Shown: in pieces, positions 10,486 to 20,770 of the stretch
Layout: the number at the start of each line of letters is the position of its first letter
Numbering within the stretch: position 1 is the stretch's first letter
Origin: an uncultured Ruminococcus sp.
GTDB lineage: Bacteria > Bacillota > Clostridia > Oscillospirales > Ruminococcaceae
Assembly: GCF_900539095.1 (NCBI RefSeq)
Contig: NZ_UQAR01000003.1
Direction: 5' to 3' (one strand)
Length of the DNA: 64,000 nt
Notes under the pieces: generated by a model
The model's input: only the letters and a program-made list of their open reading frames with translations
Database searches by the model: none
Told to the model about the DNA's origin: nothing
Made by a program: the position numbers and the translations under genes

Positions 10486-12792
10486 ATGGAAAGCAAGGAT
10501 AAAATGACAGATTTTCGCAATAAATATTCAGTGCTCCGTGACTTTTTCGGACATTCGCAGTTCAGAAACGGTCAAGAGCAGATAATAGACAGCATACTTT
10601 CAGGACGTGACTGTCTTGGGGTCATGCCAACAGGTGCAGGCAAATCCATGTGCTATCAGATACCTGCACTGATGTTTGACGGGATAACCGTAGTGGTCTC
10701 ACCACTCATTTCTCTTATGAAAGATCAGGTGAACTCCCTCATACAGTCAGGAGTAAGAGCAGCGTATCTTAACTCCTCCCTGACTGCGGCACAATACGAC
10801 ATGGCGATATCCAATGCCGCCCGTGGTATGTACAAGATAATATATGTTGCACCTGAGCGGCTAATGACAGGCTCTTTTCTTTCGCTGGCGTCATCAGTGA
10901 AAATATCTATGCTGGCGGTGGACGAGGCACACTGCGTTTCTCAGTGGGGACAGGATTTCAGACCTTCCTACATGAAAATACCGGAGTTTCTAAGCAGACT
11001 GCCTTACCGTCCCATAGTCAGTGCATTCACAGCCACTGCCACAGCAGAAGTAAAAGCCGACATTGTCAAAATGCTGGAACTTCGTGATCCATTCTCCATT
11101 ACCACAGGCTTTGACAGAAAAAATCTCTACTTCTGCGTTTCTCACCCTCGTGACAAATACAGCGAAACAGTGAGGATAGTTGAAAAATACAAAGACAGCT
11201 GCGGTATAATCTACTGCTCTACCCGAAAAAATGTTGAGAGCGTTTGTGAAAAGCTCCGTGCCGACGGCTACAAAGCGTCACGTTATCATGCCGGACTTTC
11301 TGACGAAGAAAGACGAAAAAATCAGGACGATTTCATCTTTGACCGTATCCAGGTCATGGTAGCAACAAACGCTTTCGGCATGGGAATAGACAAATCCAAC
11401 GTCAGCTATGTTATACATTACAATATGCCGAAGAATATCGAAAGCTACTATCAGGAGGCAGGCAGAGCAGGCCGTGACGGCAATGACGCACGGTGTATCC
11501 TTCTCTACAGCGGTCAGGACGTTGTGACGAACAAATTCCTTATAAACAACTCTCATGACAATCCCGACCTTGATGACGATACCCTCGAGATGATACGCAA
11601 GCGTGACCTTATGAGACTGAAAAAAATGACCGACTACTGCAACACAAGCGGCTGTCTGCGAGAATTTATCCTAGGTTATTTCGGCGAAAAGCAAGACAAG
11701 CCCTGCCAGAACTGCTCAGGCTGTCTTGGCGATTTTGGGGAAACTGAAGAGGTCGATGTGTCAGTGGACTGTCAAAAGGTGCTCTCTTGCATTTATAGAC
11801 TGCATAAACGTAATCTGTCCTTTGGTGCAGGGGTGATAGCTCAAATTTTGAAAGGCTCTGAAACTGAAAAGGTAAAGCGTTTCGACCTCACTACCCTTTC
11901 CACCTACGGCATAATGAAAGACTCCACGCAGGTCTATATCCGCAGGCTCATATCATTTCTTGAGGCAGACGATTACATCACTCAGACCTCCCACGGGGAT
12001 TTTTCTGTGCTTACTCTCACAAGAAAGTCTGCGGAGATATTAATGGACAAAAAGACCGTTACAATGCGGCTGCCAAAGAAAAGACCTAAGAGCGAAACTG
12101 CCACAAAGATTGGCAGAGATGAGGTCACAGCTTTCGACAAGGAGCTTTTCGGTCGGCTCAGAAACGTGCGGAACAAACTGGCGGCACAGGCAAGCCTGCC
12201 TGCATATATCATTCTCACAGACGCATCGCTGCGTGATATGTGCATAAAACTGCCGAGAACGCAGGCTGAACTTTTGAACATATCAGGTGTGGGAAAATCA
12301 AAGCAGGAGCGTTACGGAAAGTATTTCATCGCTGAGATACAGAAATATCTCAAAGAAAATCCCGACGCTGTTTCAGGCTACAGATATATCCCTGAGGGTT
12401 ATCTGCAAAAGCAGTCGCAGGCAGGGGGACAGGGCACAAAGCAGTACATAATCTCTCATGCAGAGGAGCTTTCAGGCAAGGAACAGGATATGACCCTGAC
12501 AGAAGTATGCGACAGCATTTTCTATCAGCTTGGCACTGACGGCGACAGCAGGAGCATAAAGCGTGCGGTGAAAAGCTGGCTCATAAGCGAAAATTATCTT
12601 GCAAAGGATATAGCCAACGGCAAGGATTTTCTTGAGACCACCATACTTTCCTCCGAGGCTGGCATAATAGAGTGTGAGAAGATATCACAGCTTGGAAACA
12701 GCTACAAAGTGATACTTTTCCCAAAGCAGGCACAGGAATTTATCTATCAGAACATTGAGGAAATTCTCGACACAGATGTACAAAACTCATAA
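10486..12792 (+). CDS. recQ: ATP-dependent DNA helicase RecQ with ~150 aa C-terminal extension
   Basis: 768 aa; helicase motif I VMPTGAGKS, RQC zinc-binding cysteines, HRDC domain, then extra uncharacterised tail. Confidence 0.9.
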   Translation: MESKDKMTDFRNKYSVLRDFFGHSQFRNGQEQIIDSILSGRDCLGVMPTGAGKSMCYQIPALMFDGITVVVSPLISLMKDQVNSLIQSGVRAAYLNSSLTAAQYDMAISNAARGMYKIIYVAPERLMTGSFLSLASSVKISMLAVDEAHCVSQWGQDFRPSYMKIPEFLSRLPYRPIVSAFTATATAEVKADIVKMLELRDPFSITTGFDRKNLYFCVSHPRDKYSETVRIVEKYKDSCGIIYCSTRKNVESVCEKLRADGYKASRYHAGLSDEERRKNQDDFIFDRIQVMVATNAFGMGIDKSNVSYVIHYNMPKNIESYYQEAGRAGRDGNDARCILLYSGQDVVTNKFLINNSHDNPDLDDDTLEMIRKRDLMRLKKMTDYCNTSGCLREFILGYFGEKQDKPCQNCSGCLGDFGETEEVDVSVDCQKVLSCIYRLHKRNLSFGAGVIAQILKGSETEKVKRFDLTTLSTYGIMKDSTQVYIRRLISFLEADDYITQTSHGDFSVLTLTRKSAEILMDKKTVTMRLPKKRPKSETATKIGRDEVTAFDKELFGRLRNVRNKLAAQASLPAYIILTDASLRDMCIKLPRTQAELLNISGVGKSKQERYGKYFIAEIQKYLKENPDAVSGYRYIPEGYLQKQSQAGGQGTKQYIISHAEELSGKEQDMTLTEVCDSIFYQLGTDGDSRSIKRAVKSWLISENYLAKDIANGKDFLETTILSSEAGIIECEKISQLGNSYKVILFPKQAQEFIYQNIEEILDTDVQNS

Positions 12793-12860
12793 TAAATCGA
12801 GCTTTTGCGGCAAATATTTATCTTTTCATACAAATCGGATATGAATTGCTGAAAAAGCTA

Positions 12861-12889
12861 TTGAACTTAACGCAAAACAGCTGTATAAT
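12861..12889 (+). promoter_or_regulatory. sigma-A-type promoter for thiT leader
   Basis: TTGAAC-17 bp-TATAAT. Confidence 0.45.
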
Positions 12890-12904
12890 AACAGTAGTAT
12901 AAAA

Positions 12905-12995
12905 ATCACGGGAGCTGAATGTTTTTCGGCTGAGAAAGAGCGAATCGACGTTCTGACCGCACCTGATATGGGTAATGCCGGCGTAGGGAAAAAAT
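12905..12995 (+). promoter_or_regulatory. TPP (THI-box) riboswitch aptamer
   Basis: GGGAGC...GGCTGAGA...ACCTGATATGGGTAATGCCGGCGTAGGGAA matches conserved THI-element core; immediately upstream of thiamine transporter gene. Confidence 0.8.
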
Positions 12996-13008
12996 ACTGA
13001 CTGTCACT

Positions 13009-13040
13009 GCGTATGCCCTTATCAGGCATACGCATTTTTT
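13009..13040 (+). terminator. riboswitch expression-platform terminator
   Basis: GCGTATGCC-cttatca-GGCATACGC hairpin plus ATTTTTT. Confidence 0.6.
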
Positions 13041-13064
13041 ATACACAGAAAGGAATGGTATAAT

Positions 13065-13649
13065 ATGAAAAGATCTAAAACACTCACACTGGTAGAGGGT
13101 GCAGTAATGGTTGCACTGGCAACGGTGCTCAGCTTTATAAGAATTTACAAGCTGCCATGGGGCGGTTCAATAACATTGCTCTCAATGCTGCCTATAGCTG
13201 TTTTCAGTATCAAGCACGGCGTTGCAAAGGGTCTTGGAGTTGCGTTCGTGTTCTCCCTCGTTCAGTTTATTCAGGGCATAACAGACGGACTTTTCGGCTG
13301 GGGACTTTCTCCTGTAATGCTCGTTGCCTGCATATTTATTGACTATCTTGCAGCATACACGGTTCTCGGCGTTGCAGGAATGTTCAGAAAGAAAGGTGCT
13401 GTGGGCTGGATTGCAGGAACAATGATAGCAGTTTTCCTGAGATTCGTTTGCCACTTCCTCAGCGGTGTTGTTATCTGGAAGTCATTCGGTGCTCTGTGGG
13501 ACGGTTTCTCAACAGACAACAGCGTAGTTTACAGCCTGCTTTACAACGGCTCTTATATGCTCCCTGAAATGATATTCACAGCTATCGGTACGTTCGCACT
13601 TTTCGAGATACCTCAGACAAGAAAAATTCTTGGTGCACAGGACAAGTAA
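13065..13649 (+). CDS. thiT: thiamine transporter ThiT (ECF S-component-like)
   Basis: 194 aa, 6 predicted TM helices, follows TPP riboswitch. Confidence 0.75.
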   Translation: MKRSKTLTLVEGAVMVALATVLSFIRIYKLPWGGSITLLSMLPIAVFSIKHGVAKGLGVAFVFSLVQFIQGITDGLFGWGLSPVMLVACIFIDYLAAYTVLGVAGMFRKKGAVGWIAGTMIAVFLRFVCHFLSGVVIWKSFGALWDGFSTDNSVVYSLLYNGSYMLPEMIFTAIGTFALFEIPQTRKILGAQDK

Positions 13650-13663
13650 ATACATATGAGAAA

Positions 13664-13702
13664 GGCTGGCGGTTTTATCCGTCAGCCTTTTTTGTTTTTC
13701 CG
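13664..13702 (+). terminator. terminator after thiT
   Basis: AGGCTGGCGG-ttttat-CCGTCAGCCT hairpin then TTTTTTGTTTTT. Confidence 0.5.
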
Positions 13703-13723
13703 AAACATTGTATTAATAAACAG

Positions 13724-13752
13724 TTGACAATCGCTGCTTGATATGCTATAAT
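13724..13752 (+). promoter_or_regulatory. consensus promoter for TetR gene
   Basis: TTGACA-17 bp-TATAAT. Confidence 0.5.
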
Positions 13753-13810
13753 TGAGTAAACTCAAAAGTACAATCGATATCTGAACCAAAAATCAAAAGG
13801 AGTACATATA

Positions 13811-14500
13811 ATGAAAGGCCTGCAAGCTAAGGGTATCGCAAGGAGAAATAAAATGCTCTATGCGGCGGTACAGCTTTTTTTAGAAAACGGATATGAGGGC
13901 ACGACCACCTCACAGATATCAAAGGCGGCAGGAATGTCGGCGACTTCGTTCTTTGCGGCGTTTGAAAACAAAGAGGCTCTGCTGCTGGCACTGGTGAAGG
14001 TAATGTTCACAGGTCAGTTCGAGCAGGCAAAGGCATTCGCAAAGACAGATGATCCTGTGCTGATGTACTGCATTGAAACTGCGTTGCAGATACACATAAC
14101 AGAGCTTTCAGAGCCGCTGCGAGAGGTGTATGTAAAGGCATATTCCCTGCCGAGCACTTCGGAATACATATACAGAAGTACGGCAAAGCAGCTCAAAGCG
14201 ATATTCGGCAGCTATATGAGCAACGCTGATGACAAAGATTTCTACGAAATGGATATAGCGTCAAGCAGCATAATGCGAGGCTTTATGGCACGTCCATGTG
14301 ATGTTTATTTCACGGTGGACTTAAAGCTCAAAAGATTTCTCGACTGCTGCCTGAAACTCTACAATGTTCCTGAAGAGAAGAGAAAGGAGATGACGCAAAA
14401 GGTATTAAGTATCGACCTTGCCACCATTGCACGCAAGCTTATTGAAGAAGTGGTCAAGAGAGCCGAAAAAGGCTTTGAACAGGCAATGGGCAGCAAGTGA
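13811..14500 (+). CDS. TetR/AcrR family transcriptional regulator
   Basis: 229 aa; N-terminal TetR HTH (LFLENGYEGTTTSQISKAAGMS). Confidence 0.85.
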   Translation: MKGLQAKGIARRNKMLYAAVQLFLENGYEGTTTSQISKAAGMSATSFFAAFENKEALLLALVKVMFTGQFEQAKAFAKTDDPVLMYCIETALQIHITELSEPLREVYVKAYSLPSTSEYIYRSTAKQLKAIFGSYMSNADDKDFYEMDIASSSIMRGFMARPCDVYFTVDLKLKRFLDCCLKLYNVPEEKRKEMTQKVLSIDLATIARKLIEEVVKRAEKGFEQAMGSK

Positions 14501-14557
14501 CAAAGTCATGACCGCATGATATCAGGGCGGTCATAATACAAAAAAGGGGGTAGGATA

Positions 14558-17500
14558 ATGAAAAAAAGATATTGCAGGATATCGGTCATAAGCCTGCTGA
14601 CAGTTTTTCTCTTTTCGTTTGTGATGACTGTTTCAGCCGGGGCAGAGGCAGCGAGGGGTCTGTCTGCGGAAATAAAGACCGATAAAAACGATTACGTTTC
14701 AGGTGACAGAGCCGACATAACTCTGACAATGACTAACGGCGGCAGCGATACGCTGGAAAATGTCAGCGGCGAGATAGTTCTGCCTGAGGATATGAAACTT
14801 ATAAGCGGTGCTCTCACCACAGACAGCTATGTTCTGGCGGCAGGCGAAAGCAGAGAACACAAAGTGACGGCAGTGGTCGAAGGCAGCTCGTCTGCAACTT
14901 CTGAAGTGGAAAGCACTGTATCAGAAAGTTCACAAGCTGACAGTTCTGTCAATACAGCTGACACATCATCAGCGGCATCATCAAAAGCAGCCGATACAGC
15001 AGGCAGCGTGAACCCGTCAACAGGCTCACGAAACGCAGCACCGTGGATAGTTCTTATGCTTATGTCAGCGGCGGGACTTATCATCATTGCCACAAAGAAA
15101 AAGCAGGGCAAGCGTATGCTTTCGATGTTCCTTTGTACCGCAATGTGCGTTTCTGCTTTTGCAGCAGAGTTCCCACAGACAGCCTCGGCTGACAGTGCGG
15201 AAAGCTTTGACGGACTTGTTATAACAAAGGACGTTACTGTAAACGGCAAAAAGGCGACTGTTACGGCAAAGGTAAAAGGCTCTGTTTCACAGTCTGACGA
15301 TGACACCGTGACGATATCCTTTGACAGTGGCGACGGCACGCCTGTTGAACCTGTTACCGCAATAAAAGGCAAAGAGGCAGGCACTCTTCCACAGGCTTAT
15401 CAGGCAGGAAGATCATTCACAGGTTGGTATTCAGACAAGGGGCTTACAGAACCTTTCTATGCTGACACAGTGGTAAATGAGGACACGACCCTTTACGCCT
15501 CATATGTTGACAGCGACGATAACTTCCAGCTTAACAAGCCGTCAACATACTATGCAGAAGACCAAAGCGAAAAGCTTGCTATCACGCTTATAAGCGACAG
15601 CGAGATAACAGCGGATAACCTTTTTGACTTCATTTCTCTCAGAGCCTTGACAGGCGAAGTTCCTGATAAGTTCATTGTCACAGCAAACGGCAATGAATAC
15701 ACTTTTATCCCTGAGAGCAGCTATACAGCAGGCTGCCTTTACAGAATGACCGTCAACGACGGCGTGACTATAAAGGGCGTTGGAGAAGAAGTCACAGAAT
15801 ACACATTCAGGATATACAAGCCTGAGTCAAATATCCTTGAACTTAACAACGAGGTAAAATATCTTGACAAGGATAAGCTTATCGCCACAGACAGCGAATT
15901 TGAGTATATCGCAAGCAAGTCATATTACAATGAACAGTCCCTTAAAGTGGGCGACACTGTATGTCTTGGTTACGGAACTCAGAAAATAGACGAGAGCGTC
16001 CGCTTTATGAATATCGTTGATATCACAGAATACAGCGGTGAATATTATATCACTCTTGAGGACAGTGACGTTGACGACGTTTTCGATCAGGTGGATATCA
16101 GCTTTAAAAAGGATATGACCAATGAGATACTAAGCGGCGGCATTGACACTCAGGCACTTGAACAGTCGCTTTACAGCAGCGAGGGCGTTGTTCAGCTGAA
16201 CATGATAATGGCGGCAGTTCTTGCAGAAAGTGACGAGGTAAAGGACGAACTCGGCGGCGTATCGCTGCTTGCAAGCAACGATACTGACAAGGCCATGACA
16301 GATTTCTCTGAGAACGCAAGGCTCAAAGAGGACGCACTCTTCGACCTTTCCAAAAAGCTTGGCAAAGACCTTTCCATAAGCGTGACCATAGGCGATGCAG
16401 AGAATGACAATTTTGGTGTATGCGACCCTGAAAACTGGTGTGCGATAACCTTCACACTGTCATACAACAGCACTATCAAAAACAAGCTGAAAGTTGACGC
16501 ATCTATCACCATTACGGAGTATCTGAACATTTCACTTCAGGGCTACAAATCCTTTGAGTTCCATTTGTTCAAAGAAAGCCAGCTTGAATTTGACTATGCC
16601 ATAAATGTTTATTCACAGACTGACATAGGTTTCAAGGTGCTTGTATGCTCAACGAACAAGAAAAATGAAAAGTGGCGTGATATCTCCGACGATGTAAAGA
16701 AAATGCTTGGCAGCAACGAGGAGAACGACACCGACAGCCTTGTGGCACAAATGCAGGAAATGCTCTCAAATCAGGGAGATTACATTACTCTGTGCGAGAT
16801 ACCGATGTTCAAGGCGTCACAGCCTCTCGTTCCGCCTATAACTATATTCAGCGTAAATCTTGAGCTGAATTATGTTATGAAGGTAAATTTCGCAGCAGGC
16901 ATAAGCAGCAACCTGTCAGTCCTTGACGCCACACAGATAGGCGTTTGCGGCGACTCATCAACAGGAAAATTCGAGGGCTATAAAAACAAGCTCATAGGTG
17001 CAGACAGATACAGCTTTGACCTAACAGCCTGCGGCTATATGGGCATAAAGACAGGAATCGAAGGCTCTGTTACACTTTCGTTCTTTGGTCTTGAACGTCT
17101 TGGCAAGGTAGGAATGGCTCTTGAAGTGGGTGCTTATCTTGACCTTTACGGATATGCGAAATATCATGTTGTAAAGCCTGAACAGTATTACGATAATGTA
17201 TACCGAACTCTTGTGGGCGGCTTTTACATGGAAAGCGGAATCTACCTTGAGCTGAAACTTATTGCAAAATCAGATGTATTCAAGGCAAAGCTAGAACTTC
17301 CGCTGGCGGAAAAGAAATGGCCGTTCTTCACAATGGGAAATAAAGAAGTCCTATTATCAATGGATAAGCCTACCACGCCTATAGTTCTCACCTCAGAAAA
17401 GGGCGAGGGCAAGGTAAAAGTAAAAATGGAAGAACTGCCTGCTATGACCGGCACTGTTCTTGACATAACCACAGGCAAGAAGAAAAACCATGCTGTCATT

Positions 17501-20500
17501 CCTTGGGGCAATATCTTCATGGGCTTTTCTCACAGGGGATTCACTATCGAACAGGTATACTCCTCTAAAATAAGAGGCTTTGACAAATATGTTCAGTATA
17601 ACAAGGCTTATGACCCGTCAAAGAACACTGTTTCAGCAACGGCTGAGATATACTACACAGGGCCGTATCTCCAGTTCACAAAGGCTGCGGCAAAGGGAAC
17701 TAACACGGTCGCAAACGTAGAAATAATCTGGGCTGACGCCACAAAGATAAAGCCTGACGAGATAGGCAAGGTGTACACTGCAAACTTCTACTCTGAGGTA
17801 GACGGTGTGAGAGAGCTTATCGGCACAAGACAGGTCATGGCAGGAAATGTTGCAGGTGCGATGTATCCTGACGGCATATACGGTGTAAAATACACAAGAG
17901 GTTCATGGAACAAAGACCCTGCCACAACAGTGATGAGAAACAACACTGACTTTATTTATTCAAGGCAGAAAATGCAGGGTAAGGTAGCATTCCTTTACTA
18001 TGACGCAAACACCAACCTTTGGACGGCTGAGATAAGGGCTGCCAATGTCAATGAAAAGGCTGTTCCGCCTGAAGAGGCTGACAGCAAGTATATGAAACTG
18101 AAAGAATGGCATACAAGGATAGGCTACAATTACAGAAGTGATGTTTGCGAGGCTACAAACGGCATAAAGGTAATGAACCAGGGCATCTATGAACGTCTTG
18201 GTTCACAAGATCTCGTTTACGGTCAGCCTGTTGACAAGGCACTGTATAAGGTGACTTCACCATACCATTATGATCTACTCATGACTCTTCATATAGCAAA
18301 TCAAAGAGAGTATTACTCACTCACCTATATCTACACCGCATCTTATGATGTGGCTGACCTCAACGTTAAGTTCGCATATGAAGATTACAAGGGCGAACAG
18401 CACGTCGAGATGTACACCTATCCTTACAACGGCAACATAAACATAATGCCGTGGAACCACCCGCTTGGCAAAAGACTTCTCGGCTACAGCACAGACCCTA
18501 GCGACGGAAATATATACGGCGAGGATATGTGGTTCCCACCAGTGAGGGACGATGTTACCTACTTTGGTGTCTATGAAACAAAGCCGTGCAAAGTCACGCT
18601 GCAATACTATGATGACATCAACCACAAGTATGTAGACTATAAGACCTACACGGTGCAAAGCGGAAACAAGATACCTGAGGAATATTTCAAAGAGGCTGAG
18701 GACGCCTGCATATGGCGTGAAAATACTGAGCACACCATAAACTACTGGGAAAACGCAAGGAGCGAATCCAAGTTTGACAAAGACAAGAAAGTCCTTGGGG
18801 ACATCACTCTGAGAGTGAATTTCGAGCAGACCTTAACTCTAAAGCTTGACCCAGGCGAGGGCAAATTCAATTCTGACGTAACAGAGATAAAGGTAACTTC
18901 CAAAAACTTCTTTGAGTTCATTCCGGCGGAATGGGCTGCAAAGGAATCAGACGAAACAAATGACTACAAGCTCACAGGTTGGAAAAACCCTCTCACAGGA
19001 GATATATACGCAGTGGGTCAAAAGGCTTACTGGGGCATTCCAACTACCCTGACGGCAGTTTATGCGGCAGTGCCTAAAACTTATAACGCCACGATCACAA
19101 CTGAATACGGCGTGCTGCAAAACGGCAAGACTGAGGACACATATTCAGGCGGATATGAGGGCTATACTGATTTTGTAAACAAGTATTTGAACTGGCTGCC
19201 TGCTGACGTTGTAGAGGAAGGCTTGACAAGGAGCTGTAAAGGCTGCTCAAAAATTCTTTCATCTGACGGACTTTCCATTACAATCAACTATGACAGCTGG
19301 AGCACCACCGTCCACAAGCACACTATCACACTTGACCCTAACGGCGGTGTTCTTAACGGCATAAGTTCAAAGACCGTTGACTACGGCACACTTCTCGACC
19401 TGACATCAATGGCGTCACCTACAAAGACCGACGATATGCGTGACTATATCCTTCAAGGTTGGGAAGATCAGGACGGAAAGTTCTACAACGCAATGGACAA
19501 AAATATCATCGTCCGCAAGGATCTTGACCTAAAAGCCGTTTGGGAAGATGGAAAGCTTAAAGAATACACCATAACCTATATCCTTAACGGAAATACTATC
19601 GACACTGTAACGATGCACTACGGCGACACGCTCACAGACTATGGTAAGCCTGATGAGGCGGCAGGACTGCTGTTCAGCGGCTGGACGTGGAGTTCAAAGA
19701 ACGGACTGCTCTCCGAGATGCCAAAAACAATGCCTGCATATGATCTGACAGCTACAGCCACAGCAGAACAGTGCTATGTATACTACGAGGTAGACGGCGA
19801 ATCCATTTCTGACCCTGAACCTGCGGCTATTGGCAGCTTGGTAACGGTAAAGGATAAGTTCACAGCCGAGGGTTATGAGGTATCCGACTGGACAACTGAG
19901 GGCGTAACGATAACAGACGGCAAGTTCACAATGCCTGCCGGAAACGTAACTTTCAAGGCAACAAAGACGCCAAAGAAATACAAAGTGACGATCTATGTTG
20001 ACGGCAAGGTGATCGCCGACAGTCCGATAAGTGCAGACTACAACAGCACTATCACACTGCCTAAGCAGCCTGAACGTGAGGGCTACACATTCTACTGGAA
20101 AACAGCAGATGATACGCTCATACCTGACGGCGAATACACTATCCCTGCAAAGGACACAGAAGTATACGGTGTTTACACCGAAAAGACTTTCAAGGCTTAC
20201 TTCTATCTCGAGGGCGAAGACGAACCTTTTTATGTTGAGGAAAACCTTGTAAAAGGCTCTAAGGTACAGATCACTCACTATCCTGACAAAAAAGAGGACG
20301 GACAGACGTTCACAGGCTGGTATCCGACAGACGTTATACCTCGATACGACAACACCTATATCATTGAGGACAGTGACATTCATTTCACAGGAAAACTTGC
20401 GACTATAAAGTTCTGCTCGGCAGTAATAATAATGAGTACAGAGGACGAAAACGGCAATGACGTCCAGTTTGACGTTTGGCGGGACTTCGGCGACTATGGT

Positions 20501-20686
20501 GAAACTATCACCGTTCCTGACCTTTCAAAAGACGGTTATATGCTGTATTATGACTGTGAAATAAAAGGTGCTTACGACAACAATGCCCACACTGTCACAT
20601 TGCCTGAGGCAGATTCAGGAACTGACGTAGTAATGATCAATATCTCATACCAAAAGATAGACCCTGATGAACCTCCATTAGGATAA
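14558..20686 (+). CDS. giant cell-surface protein with Listeria-Bacteroides (Flg_new) repeats; N-terminal 186 codons look like a separate sortase-substrate module fused in frame
   Basis: 2042 aa; signal peptide, DUF11-like domain, Ser/Thr-rich linker, NPSTG + hydrophobic stretch + KKKQGKR, then a second signal-peptide-like stretch and >1800 aa beta-rich body with multiple TGWY/GW repeat modules. Confidence 0.8.
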   Translation: MKKRYCRISVISLLTVFLFSFVMTVSAGAEAARGLSAEIKTDKNDYVSGDRADITLTMTNGGSDTLENVSGEIVLPEDMKLISGALTTDSYVLAAGESREHKVTAVVEGSSSATSEVESTVSESSQADSSVNTADTSSAASSKAADTAGSVNPSTGSRNAAPWIVLMLMSAAGLIIIATKKKQGKRMLSMFLCTAMCVSAFAAEFPQTASADSAESFDGLVITKDVTVNGKKATVTAKVKGSVSQSDDDTVTISFDSGDGTPVEPVTAIKGKEAGTLPQAYQAGRSFTGWYSDKGLTEPFYADTVVNEDTTLYASYVDSDDNFQLNKPSTYYAEDQSEKLAITLISDSEITADNLFDFISLRALTGEVPDKFIVTANGNEYTFIPESSYTAGCLYRMTVNDGVTIKGVGEEVTEYTFRIYKPESNILELNNEVKYLDKDKLIATDSEFEYIASKSYYNEQSLKVGDTVCLGYGTQKIDESVRFMNIVDITEYSGEYYITLEDSDVDDVFDQVDISFKKDMTNEILSGGIDTQALEQSLYSSEGVVQLNMIMAAVLAESDEVKDELGGVSLLASNDTDKAMTDFSENARLKEDALFDLSKKLGKDLSISVTIGDAENDNFGVCDPENWCAITFTLSYNSTIKNKLKVDASITITEYLNISLQGYKSFEFHLFKESQLEFDYAINVYSQTDIGFKVLVCSTNKKNEKWRDISDDVKKMLGSNEENDTDSLVAQMQEMLSNQGDYITLCEIPMFKASQPLVPPITIFSVNLELNYVMKVNFAAGISSNLSVLDATQIGVCGDSSTGKFEGYKNKLIGADRYSFDLTACGYMGIKTGIEGSVTLSFFGLERLGKVGMALEVGAYLDLYGYAKYHVVKPEQYYDNVYRTLVGGFYMESGIYLELKLIAKSDVFKAKLELPLAEKKWPFFTMGNKEVLLSMDKPTTPIVLTSEKGEGKVKVKMEELPAMTGTVLDITTGKKKNHAVIPWGNIFMGFSHRGFTIEQVYSSKIRGFDKYVQYNKAYDPSKNTVSATAEIYYTGPYLQFTKAAAKGTNTVANVEIIWADATKIKPDEIGKVYTANFYSEVDGVRELIGTRQVMAGNVAGAMYPDGIYGVKYTRGSWNKDPATTVMRNNTDFIYSRQKMQGKVAFLYYDANTNLWTAEIRAANVNEKAVPPEEADSKYMKLKEWHTRIGYNYRSDVCEATNGIKVMNQGIYERLGSQDLVYGQPVDKALYKVTSPYHYDLLMTLHIANQREYYSLTYIYTASYDVADLNVKFAYEDYKGEQHVEMYTYPYNGNINIMPWNHPLGKRLLGYSTDPSDGNIYGEDMWFPPVRDDVTYFGVYETKPCKVTLQYYDDINHKYVDYKTYTVQSGNKIPEEYFKEAEDACIWRENTEHTINYWENARSESKFDKDKKVLGDITLRVNFEQTLTLKLDPGEGKFNSDVTEIKVTSKNFFEFIPAEWAAKESDETNDYKLTGWKNPLTGDIYAVGQKAYWGIPTTLTAVYAAVPKTYNATITTEYGVLQNGKTEDTYSGGYEGYTDFVNKYLNWLPADVVEEGLTRSCKGCSKILSSDGLSITINYDSWSTTVHKHTITLDPNGGVLNGISSKTVDYGTLLDLTSMASPTKTDDMRDYILQGWEDQDGKFYNAMDKNIIVRKDLDLKAVWEDGKLKEYTITYILNGNTIDTVTMHYGDTLTDYGKPDEAAGLLFSGWTWSSKNGLLSEMPKTMPAYDLTATATAEQCYVYYEVDGESISDPEPAAIGSLVTVKDKFTAEGYEVSDWTTEGVTITDGKFTMPAGNVTFKATKTPKKYKVTIYVDGKVIADSPISADYNSTITLPKQPEREGYTFYWKTADDTLIPDGEYTIPAKDTEVYGVYTEKTFKAYFYLEGEDEPFYVEENLVKGSKVQITHYPDKKEDGQTFTGWYPTDVIPRYDNTYIIEDSDIHFTGKLATIKFCSAVIIMSTEDENGNDVQFDVWRDFGDYGETITVPDLSKDGYMLYYDCEIKGAYDNNAHTVTLPEADSGTDVVMINISYQKIDPDEPPLG

Positions 20687-20692
20687 AAGATC

Positions 20693-20721
20693 GCAGCCGC
20701 AGAACATTCTGCGGCTGTTTT
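20693..20721 (+). terminator. rho-independent terminator after giant surface protein gene
   Basis: CAGCCGCAG-aacatt-CTGCGGCTG + TTTT. Confidence 0.6.
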
Positions 20722-20738
20722 CATTCATGCAGAAAAAA

Positions 20739-20765
20739 GGACGAACACAAAATGTTCGTCCTTTT
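20739..20765. terminator. bidirectional terminator hairpin
   Basis: GGACGAACA-caaaa-TGTTCGTCC flanked by A-run upstream and T-run downstream. Confidence 0.6.
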
Positions 20766-20770
20766 ATTTA

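Noticed and set aside
12826-13035. 69-aa minus-strand ORF
   Set aside because: It lies on top of the TPP riboswitch aptamer and terminator, so the RNA-element explanation is preferred.
19694-20383. 229-aa minus-strand ORF inside giant surface protein gene
   Set aside because: It is antisense to a long, repeat-supported CDS, so a shadow ORF.
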